In this document: piece after piece, positions 57,461 to 64,000 of the stretch
Position numbering within the stretch: the first letter of the stretch is position 1
Layout: the number at the start of each line of letters is the position of its first letter
Source of the DNA: a virus
Lineage: Duplodnaviria > Caudoviricetes
Virus record (IMG/VR): IMGVR_UViG_3300028832_000097
Span: 96,001 to 160,000 of that record
Length of the DNA stretch: 64,000 bases
Reading direction: 5' to 3' (one strand)
Notes under the pieces: generated by a model
Databases searched by the model: none
Told to the model about the DNA's origin: nothing
Seen by the model: only the letters and a program-made list of their open reading frames with translations
Program-made: the position numbers and the translations under genes

Positions 57461-58017
57461 TTAAATTAAGAAAATTTGATTAGTATGGAAGCATACAAAT
57501 TCAGACGCATTAGCTGCTCCAGATACATTACTGCGATACTTGCCTTGCTTGTAGGAAAATTTAACCCCATCATATCCTGCGTCTTTTACCGCACTGTGAA
57601 TTCTTCTATAGGTGTTTCATCTTCTAGATATGCAAATGGGGCTAATCTCCCATTATATACGCGAGGGCTGATACCTAATGTGAGTAATGTATATATTGAA
57701 TCTGGGTTAGAATATATAAATGGATTGGTGATATTTAAGTATGCACGTTTCACGTTACTTCCATAACTTTGAGATAGCTTGAGAGAGTTGGAGAAATATA
57801 TTCCTTTGCCAAACCATCCAATGTTGCCAGAATTCTGTGAAATAAACTCATCCTTGAATTCATTGAATTCGTTTGGTGTTCCGTGATAACATACAATAAG
57901 ACGTCCATCTCGTGTGCGTATTTTAGAAGATTTTAGTGCAATCGCAATGTCAGAAGGTACAACGTTACCTTCATTATCATATTCAATATGTGCAGATGAG
58001 TTAATGTATCTTTTCAT
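57461..58017 (-). pseudogene. ADP-ribosyltransferase-like (ART-PolyVal) gene with MKRYI leader, frameshifted near 57595
   Basis: YHGT...F..F...G.GIYFS...YG..V..AYLNI.NP in frame; conserved end GYDGV...EFVCFHTNQI continues in the -1 frame to a stop at 57461. Confidence 0.7.
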
Positions 58018-58021
58018 ACGC

Positions 58022-58165
58022 TTACTTTTTCTTTGGTTCCTTCCACCCGCTAAGACGAATAGCTACCCCTTGCTTTTCAGCCTTCTGCTTAGCACCTTTA
58101 CCGTAGTATACTTTACCAGTTTTACCCCATTGATATCCGCCACCAGGTGTTTTATGTACAGGCAT
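58022..58165 (-). CDS. 47-aa basic phage protein
   Basis: Below ORF-track cutoff; MPVHKTPGGGYQWGKTGKVYYGKGAKQKAEKQGVAIRLSGWKEPKKK with GGAGG SD. Confidence 0.65.
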   Translation of the reverse strand: MPVHKTPGGGYQWGKTGKVYYGKGAKQKAEKQGVAIRLSGWKEPKKK

Positions 58166-58169
58166 TGTG

Positions 58170-58739
58170 TTAATCCTCCAAATTAATATCTTCTAGTTTA
58201 GAATATGTTTCGGCAATTTTATCAAGTTTGCTCATCACAGCAAATTCTGCATGTGCATAGTCCTTAAAGTACTTTTGATTAACTACAATACCTCTAGGAA
58301 TAACTTTAACATATCCTGGATAGGTTTCACGGATTTCTTGTAACACCGATTGCTCGTGTTTCCATCGAGCTGATTCAGAATGTTTGGTCATGTTGTGCGT
58401 AGAAATTCGAAAATCTACTATTATTTTTCCTGCCAATTCTCCGTAGGCATTTCTAACCCCTATATAAAAATATAATGACTGCGGTATATCTGTACCAGGA
58501 AAAACAGTTCCAGGTTTTTCTGCTAGTAGAATCAACGATTTATTAGAAGCAATAGTAGATTTCACCATACCAATGAAATCTAACCAATCATTTAATGCTT
58601 GCTGATCGTCCTCAAAATCAGTTTGAATCAATTTAGAAGACTGTATAGTACCTGCAGATTCTACTAAGAAATCTATAGCTAACGTTTCTATAGTAGGCAG
58701 GTCTGCAATGAATCTAGGCATTCTAGTATATTGTCTCAT
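58170..58739 (-). CDS. Hypothetical protein (RISTH motif)
   Basis: SLYF...FRISTH pattern of polyvalent-protein-associated domains; start moved to MRQY. Confidence 0.5.
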   Translation of the reverse strand: MRQYTRMPRFIADLPTIETLAIDFLVESAGTIQSSKLIQTDFEDDQQALNDWLDFIGMVKSTIASNKSLILLAEKPGTVFPGTDIPQSLYFYIGVRNAYGELAGKIIVDFRISTHNMTKHSESARWKHEQSVLQEIRETYPGYVKVIPRGIVVNQKYFKDYAHAEFAVMSKLDKIAETYSKLEDINLED

Positions 58740-58799
58740 TAATGTTACCTCCGTCATACACATATAAACGAATCAAATATGTGAGATGACGTACATAAG

Positions 58800-59045
58800 T
58801 TAAATAGCACCATCAGATTCATAGAAATCTAACTCATCCAAAACAACTTCAGGTTCATTTTCAAACCTGTATTGAGCTTCTTCTAACAATTGTTCCTTGA
58901 CACCCTCATCGTCGATGTGACCATAATGGTCTAGTATCCCATATGGATCAAATTCCCACATGAAATTTACAAGCTGTTCAAGAATGTCATCTGTAAGTAC
59001 TTGAGTTCTGATTGCATCTCTCAGTTCTTCAATGTCGAATCCCAT
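58800..59045 (-). CDS. Hypothetical acidic protein
   Basis: ORF with AGGAG SD. Confidence 0.55.
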   Translation of the reverse strand: MGFDIEELRDAIRTQVLTDDILEQLVNFMWEFDPYGILDHYGHIDDEGVKEQLLEEAQYRFENEPEVVLDELDFYESDGAI

Positions 59046-59049
59046 TATA

Positions 59050-59295
59050 TCACTCTCCTACATAATCACGCAGATAGTCTAATGCGCTGAGAATATCGTC
59101 CATCTCAGATTCAAGCTCTTCAATCTGCTCCTGTATCTTTTCAATTCTAGCTTCTTCAGCCTCAGTTAAATCTCTATCATGGTCGCCGGCATTATCTTCA
59201 ATCTGTGCTTCTTTTTCTTCCAAGATCTCAATCTTGTCATTTATAGTTTCGCAAATATCATCAAGTCTATCTACAATTGCGTTAAGTTTTATCAT
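59050..59295 (-). CDS. Acidic coiled-coil protein
   Basis: Heptad-rich and highly acidic; GGAGG SD. Confidence 0.55.
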   Translation of the reverse strand: MIKLNAIVDRLDDICETINDKIEILEEKEAQIEDNAGDHDRDLTEAEEARIEKIQEQIEELESEMDDILSALDYLRDYVGE

Positions 59296-59316
59296 GATTT
59301 AACCTCCCTTACACAT

Positions 59317-59592
59317 TTAAAGTACTAGGTAAGTGCTATCGTCTATTTCACGAGCCATTCTATTATGACACATACCCTCTAAGCATCCTAATAAATCATA
59401 GAAGTCATCAATACCAAGTTGTTTAGCTTCATAAATCAACCCTCCGGGTTTATCCTCAGGCCAATCAGCTCGTTTACTTATTGTGTGTCCAGATAGATTA
59501 TCAGAAACTAGCTGGCCGTATTTCTCAAATTCATCTTTTCCGAAGTACCATCCGTTTCTGAAAGTTAACCCTGCAGTAATTACTCGTTTCAT
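59317..59592 (-). CDS. Hypothetical protein with MKRVI leader
   Basis: Starts MKRVITAG; GGAGG SD; ATCGTTA motif upstream. Confidence 0.6.
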   Translation of the reverse strand: MKRVITAGLTFRNGWYFGKDEFEKYGQLVSDNLSGHTISKRADWPEDKPGGLIYEAKQLGIDDFYDLLGCLEGMCHNRMAREIDDSTYLVL

Positions 59593-59621
59593 ATTGATTA
59601 TCCTCCAAAATTAATAACGAT

Positions 59622-60026
59622 TCAGAATATAAAAATATATCCCTCAAATAGTTTATTCAATGTTTTTATTAGATTCTTCATAACCCAAGCTTGTGCGTAT
59701 TCTAAGTCCTCTATCTTTTCAGGAGCAATTACAAAAAAGCCTAAAGTACGTTCATCTGGAGCTAATTCAACTAAGTTCATCCTAAGTTTATTCTGATACG
59801 TAGTTAAGTTAATGTCAATATCCATTTCTTGTATTTCAGATAACTTATCAGGATCACCAGGTCTAATTGATTTATAAGGTACCTGATATAATACAGTCAT
59901 GTAGATATCACACATATTAGGACTTATTCTAAACTTATAAGCCCCATCAATATTTTTGTTTAAATACATACCGACTTTATTTACTAATAAACTTGCAGGA
60001 ATATCTTTATAGTATGGTGTGCTCAT
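59622..60026 (-). CDS. Hypothetical protein
   Basis: ORF; start moved to MSTP after AAGGAG. Confidence 0.55.
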   Translation of the reverse strand: MSTPYYKDIPASLLVNKVGMYLNKNIDGAYKFRISPNMCDIYMTVLYQVPYKSIRPGDPDKLSEIQEMDIDINLTTYQNKLRMNLVELAPDERTLGFFVIAPEKIEDLEYAQAWVMKNLIKTLNKLFEGYIFIF

Positions 60027-60036
60027 ATTATGCTCC

Positions 60037-60747
60037 TTATGTAGGTGAATAAGGTGTTCCATCCATGTTGTAGACAGGGTTCTCAGCATCTTCAATACTG
60101 AACCAATATTTTTGTCCACCCTTTTGTCTAACTACATAGAATGGTCTAACTAAATGCCAACCTGTGTTCTGCATCTGCCAAACATACGGTGTTACAGAAG
60201 GAATATATGGATCAAGATTTTCTACAAATACTGGACGATCATTGTATGCCTGATTACATGTACAATATGATTGATTGAATAATAAGAAATGCACTTTTTC
60301 ATTATTAGGGTTAGGTGCGTATATTGTTATGTTCTGCACTCGACAGTAGTATTCAGACCATGTTTTAGGTCCACCAGAAGATGTGCCCTTCTTCCAAAAT
60401 AAATGAGTAGATCCCCATATTTTGCTGCTGTCCCATTGTGAGGGATCTGAAGGTAGTTCCCCAATGTAAAATGCCGCATACATTTCAAAACCATAACTGA
60501 AATAGTGTGTACCTTGTGCAGGAAACTTATTGAGATATGCATCTTTTATGGTACATTGTACAGATAAATCTGGATTTCTTTTAAAATCTTCTAGACGTAA
60601 ATACATACAGAATGCAGGATTACCATTGTAGTGACCAGAGCCTGCTACTTCATAAGGATAAGGTACTTGATAACCTTGTTCATATGCTCTAGAAGCGTTA
60701 CCATGTATAACTATATGATTGCGTTCATATGTATCAAATTCTGCCAT
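60037..60747 (-). CDS. Probable tail-associated structural protein
   Basis: Aromatic/beta-rich; follows the InlB-repeat gene; ends PYVWQM..GW similar to its neighbour. Confidence 0.45.
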   Translation of the reverse strand: MAEFDTYERNHIVIHGNASRAYEQGYQVPYPYEVAGSGHYNGNPAFCMYLRLEDFKRNPDLSVQCTIKDAYLNKFPAQGTHYFSYGFEMYAAFYIGELPSDPSQWDSSKIWGSTHLFWKKGTSSGGPKTWSEYYCRVQNITIYAPNPNNEKVHFLLFNQSYCTCNQAYNDRPVFVENLDPYIPSVTPYVWQMQNTGWHLVRPFYVVRQKGGQKYWFSIEDAENPVYNMDGTPYSPT

Positions 60748-60754
60748 ACTATCC

Positions 60755-62524
60755 TCAACTTTCTACAGGCTTATAAGAAACCCATTTTGCTACTCCGCCT
60801 TCCATAACACGTATCCAAATAGGTGCGAAATCCCACATTGCGGATGAATTTATATCTGATGTTATGTTAGTAAGTGTACCTAAAGTATAATCATAAGGAC
60901 CTGACCATCCTAGTAATGAATAGTTGCCTGGATTTCTAAATACACGACCTTGATATGTTTGTCCTACTACAGGAATTTCTGCAACAGGAACATCGCTGCC
61001 ATTTACTACATTAACTTGTTTTAGAAAATCTTGACCTGCAGGTGAGTACCCATCGTAGAATTTAACTGTCCAAACTTTTGCTTGCCATACAGAATATACA
61101 TGTAGCGGAGCATCTGTAGAGTATGTAAAGTTTACAGTTAAATCTGCAGTAGATGATCCAGAAGTTGTTGAAAACCCTAGTAAGTTGTAGCCTTCTCGGT
61201 TTAAATTGGTTGTTGTATATGGAGAAGAAAATGTTACTCCATGTGTTTTCCATTTAGTAACCGGACCAGAATCTGCTATTATGTCTTTGGAAGCTAAATA
61301 TGTTGTATCTGTAGATGGATAATTTAAGGAACAATCATTCCTATATGAACCACCATAAGACGTTCCTAGATTGAACGCTACATAAGCAGCATTATTTGGA
61401 GTAGTAACAACTGTGTTAGTGTTCTGTATAACATAGGATATAAAAGTATCAGAACTATTGTAATAACAGTATCTCATACTTAGTGTACCAAATCCGCAAT
61501 GGAAGTAATAAGACGTATTAGGTTTCACAGGAAAATGATACTTACTGCGGATCTCATTGTTATCGTCAACTTTTCCGCCCGTATTGGTGTAAGCGCCTAC
61601 TTCCCATTCTTCGTTCCAAATATTAACATGATCGGTGTAATATTCTAAATTTCCTATTACACCTACACTGGAAGTTACTGTTAAAGTAGTAACACCTGTA
61701 TCAAGTGTATATATTGGAACAGGGGTTAATGTGTAAGTGTCCCAAGGATCTTTAGGGGTTCCGTCAGATTCGTACGCGTCTACAAGCTGACCTGTATAGA
61801 AATTAATGCTACCACCATATATAGTTCTGCCAAAGGAAATAGTGTAAGTTTGAGAATTTGCACCATCACTTATAGTAATAGTTGCTCCTGTATAGCCTGA
61901 TACAGAATAATCCATATCGACAGTAGTATTCATAATGATATGATCTTCTACTGCGTCTGTTATAGTAAGCGAACTAGTACCAGTTACTGTGGCAGAAACA
62001 TAATACGGAGGACCTTCTAAACTGTATCCACCGGCTAAATCAAATAGTATTCTGTACTGCCACCTTGCATATAATGCTATGTCCTGTGTAAGCACATAAG
62101 GTATAGAAATGGTGTCAGTGCTGTTCTGTGTGAAAGTCCAGAGATATTCAGGATCAATCCTGTAATCGTCTCGCGGTACAATGTTACCAGAAGTATTAGA
62201 TTCAATGGGTAAACTAGTTAACTTTGGTTGATTACCAAACCAGGAAGCATACAATATTATATCGTCATTAACTGTTATCGGTGCAGAAATGTTATCACCG
62301 TCATCTGCATCTTGTGCAGTGTATGCCCACTCATCTGTGGTTACAGAAAATGTTTCAACGTGCGTAGAGGCTTCTTGATAAAACGTGCCACCGTTAGCAT
62401 TAAATGTAACATCTACTGCCCATGTAGCACTTACAGTAGATACATCAAAAGTTGAACCTGCTGCAACTGTTTGAGGAGCAGGTCCAGATGTTCCACCATT
62501 TACATTAAATGTTATTGTAGGCAT
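60755..62524 (-). CDS. Tail/receptor-binding protein with InlB B-repeat (Flg_new)-like domains
   Basis: Repeated TFNxNGG...LYAxW and REGYNLLGFSTT...VW units; Thr/Ser-rich. Confidence 0.7.
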   Translation of the reverse strand: MPTITFNVNGGTSGPAPQTVAAGSTFDVSTVSATWAVDVTFNANGGTFYQEASTHVETFSVTTDEWAYTAQDADDGDNISAPITVNDDIILYASWFGNQPKLTSLPIESNTSGNIVPRDDYRIDPEYLWTFTQNSTDTISIPYVLTQDIALYARWQYRILFDLAGGYSLEGPPYYVSATVTGTSSLTITDAVEDHIIMNTTVDMDYSVSGYTGATITISDGANSQTYTISFGRTIYGGSINFYTGQLVDAYESDGTPKDPWDTYTLTPVPIYTLDTGVTTLTVTSSVGVIGNLEYYTDHVNIWNEEWEVGAYTNTGGKVDDNNEIRSKYHFPVKPNTSYYFHCGFGTLSMRYCYYNSSDTFISYVIQNTNTVVTTPNNAAYVAFNLGTSYGGSYRNDCSLNYPSTDTTYLASKDIIADSGPVTKWKTHGVTFSSPYTTTNLNREGYNLLGFSTTSGSSTADLTVNFTYSTDAPLHVYSVWQAKVWTVKFYDGYSPAGQDFLKQVNVVNGSDVPVAEIPVVGQTYQGRVFRNPGNYSLLGWSGPYDYTLGTLTNITSDINSSAMWDFAPIWIRVMEGGVAKWVSYKPVES

Positions 62525-62536
62525 TTAGTTACCTCA

Positions 62537-63772
62537 TTAAGATGATGCTAATCCCCAACCAATACCAATAGATCCAATAGGAATATCAGTTCCCGTAGGT
62601 ACTGTGGATGATATGTATAGACGTTTTTTGCTATTTTCAGGTCCAAATTCAATGTAAGGACAACCGTTCGGTGAAGATGATTCCGCCTGCACAAGTGTAG
62701 CTTTTGTAGATTTGAGCCTTTCACCTAATAAATCAATAGATTGATCGTTTGCAAGTGCGGCAAGTAATGCTGACCAAGTTAAATTATCTCCTGCATTATC
62801 TGCAGTTAATGTAATAGATGAATTAGGATTCTGAGATATGGTCACCTGTGTGGGATTCGCTACAGTGGAATCCGGATCAGCAATAGATAATGTCATAGTT
62901 GCTTGAGAAGAGTTAGATGTACTAATTGAATGTACCGCTACTTGCGCAACTTCATCACCTGCCCCAGAATCTGCAGGTGCTGTATATGTTATATCACTTA
63001 CAGCAAGTGATGGTCTGCCCATCATAAAATCTACATAGCTTGTAGGTACGTTGAATAATACTTTACTTGCCCAAGGGAATGCTCCAGGACCTAAGAAGTC
63101 TCCATCTTCTGGATTAGGTGTATTTGTAGATCCTGCAATCAATGAAGATCCAATTATTGTGCTACGTACAGTAAGACCTGTGAGCAGTATTTTTGGACCA
63201 TTAGATATTGGACCCTTAACATGTAATCTCAATCTAGGTACTTCGTGTAAATTAGGTTCTAGGTCTTTTGCCGGAGGAGATAATTGCGGTTGCCACGTAC
63301 CTGGTTGTATTATAATTCCATCTACAATTTTCATGTAGTCAGACAATTCTAACAATGTCTGTGACGAAGGCTCGCCTATGGTCTGTGTAGGTACAGTTCC
63401 TTCTTTAGGTACAGTACCTGAAGGGCTTGATGTAGAATTGTTAGATATGAGTGTACCATAATCCGTAATTCGAGTTGCCCATGATCCGTCAAATTCTGCA
63501 TCTCCATCAAAAAATGATGCCATGATATTATTTGCAGCAACTAGTTTACTATCTGCAGGAAAATAAATATCTACGTATGTATGTGCAGTAGCTGCTTGAG
63601 ATACATTAGGTACTTTAACTATCATAGAACTTCCCATAGCTATCGTAGACGATAACCACTGACGTTCTGAAGGTGGGACTTCTGCAGGATACTCGCTTAA
63701 GAGCTGCTTTATATACAGTTCGTATGCACTATATCCTACAACACGTCCTTCATTCCATATTTCACCTGGCAT
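62537..63772 (-). CDS. Virion structural protein (tail fibre base-like)
   Basis: GYSAYELY...SERQWLSS motif typical of tail-fibre proteins; P/S/T-rich. Confidence 0.55.
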   Translation of the reverse strand: MPGEIWNEGRVVGYSAYELYIKQLLSEYPAEVPPSERQWLSSTIAMGSSMIVKVPNVSQAATAHTYVDIYFPADSKLVAANNIMASFFDGDAEFDGSWATRITDYGTLISNNSTSSPSGTVPKEGTVPTQTIGEPSSQTLLELSDYMKIVDGIIIQPGTWQPQLSPPAKDLEPNLHEVPRLRLHVKGPISNGPKILLTGLTVRSTIIGSSLIAGSTNTPNPEDGDFLGPGAFPWASKVLFNVPTSYVDFMMGRPSLAVSDITYTAPADSGAGDEVAQVAVHSISTSNSSQATMTLSIADPDSTVANPTQVTISQNPNSSITLTADNAGDNLTWSALLAALANDQSIDLLGERLKSTKATLVQAESSSPNGCPYIEFGPENSKKRLYISSTVPTGTDIPIGSIGIGWGLASS

Positions 63773-63824
63773 ACTTGTTACTTCCTCCTGTGGTAATTAC
63801 ATCTTTAAAGAAGGTTGTAAATCA

Positions 63825-64000
63825 TTACTCGGCAGTACCTTTAAGTAAGAAATTCCATGTTTTCTGTCCACATACTCCATCAACAGAAAGTCCAGCAGCC
63901 TTCTGGAAGTTCTTAACTGCGTATTCAAGATTGTTTCCAAAATCTCCATCAACTTCAAGAACTCGTCCGTCTGCACCTGCATAACCAAGTTCTCTCAACA
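63825..64000 (-). CDS. Endolysin C-terminal peptidoglycan-binding (PG_binding_1) domain, partial
   Basis: Hand-translated LRELGY...VDGDFG...AVKNFQKAAGLSVDGVCGQKTWNFL. Confidence 0.85.
   Translation of the reverse strand, partial: LRELGYAGADGRVLEVDGDFGNNLEYAVKNFQKAAGLSVDGVCGQKTWNFLLKGTAE

Larger units (their letters stand above)
9803..59621 (-). promoter_or_regulatory. Dispersed phage promoter motif ATCGTTA (about 20 copies, all minus strand)
   Basis: taacgat at 9803, 14898, 17363, 19453, 22634, 24566, 27952, 35166, 36036, 39537, 41463, 46121, 51042, 51829, 52383, 54356, 55271, 57420, 59615 (variant at 42044); most lie 25-60 nt upstream of a start codon. Confidence 0.75.
4584..63816 (-). promoter_or_regulatory. 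Second dispersed motif (A/C)ACCTT + AT-rich tract (candidate late promoter)
   Basis: aaggtt at 8845, 12422, 13180, 46634, 53367, 56409, 63811; aaggtg at 4584, 45683; each shortly upstream of a gene start. Confidence 0.5.

Noticed and set aside
976-63984. Numerous short + strand ORFs and nested minus-strand ORFs in the track
   Set aside because: Antisense or out-of-frame shadows of long coherent genes, with no SD and no motifs; only 36602, 37128 and 46727 are accepted on +
63797-63988. 63-aa ORF MVMQVQ...
   Set aside because: Wrong frame; the real reading frame is the PG-binding domain ending at 63825
1-64000. Stop-codon reassignment (prompted by the UCA-loop tRNA-like element)
   Set aside because: Conserved genes are full length in code 11; TGA, TAG and TAA all end genes, with many ATGA overlaps

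Overview
A 64-kb, AT-rich segment of a large tailed (myovirus-like) phage genome. The host is probably a Firmicute, judging from GGAGG Shine-Dalgarno sites, InlB-B-repeat tail proteins and a PG-binding endolysin tail. Almost all genes are on the minus strand and use standard code 11. From left to right: baseplate, tape-measure and tail-chaperone genes (1-8.8 kb); small accessory genes; a tRNA island (12.4-14.9 kb) with five tRNAs, one aberrant tRNA-like element and several unexplained structured RNAs; a replication/recombination module (15-36 kb) with a family-A polymerase, beta-clamp, DnaX/delta/delta-prime clamp loader, SSB, primase, helicase, RecA, resolvase and a Cas4-like nuclease, which also carries a TGT/DpdA-like enzyme and a degenerate QueD; a candidate origin and a divergent sigma-like gene (36-38 kb); a long accessory region (38-60 kb) with an IS200/IS605 element (tnpA+tnpB) interrupting an HNH gene, two VUT/YhhQ transporters, a PRTase, an amidase, GNATs, DUF932 x2, a YafQ-like nuclease and an ART domain; then tail genes and the end of an endolysin. 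Best leads: (1) a shared MKRYI-x-[AS]-S N-terminal leader on a dozen unrelated proteins, a candidate capsid-targeting/processing signal for injected cargo; (2) a salvage-type 7-deazaguanine system with a candidate new SD-sequestering pseudoknot riboswitch; (3) two phage promoter motifs (ATCGTTA, AACCTT) with two sigma-like proteins, the second motif also sitting upstream of both IS genes; (4) a +1 frameshift site in the tail chaperone; (5) several novel structured ncRNA candidates. All calls come from reading motifs by eye; no database searches were run.
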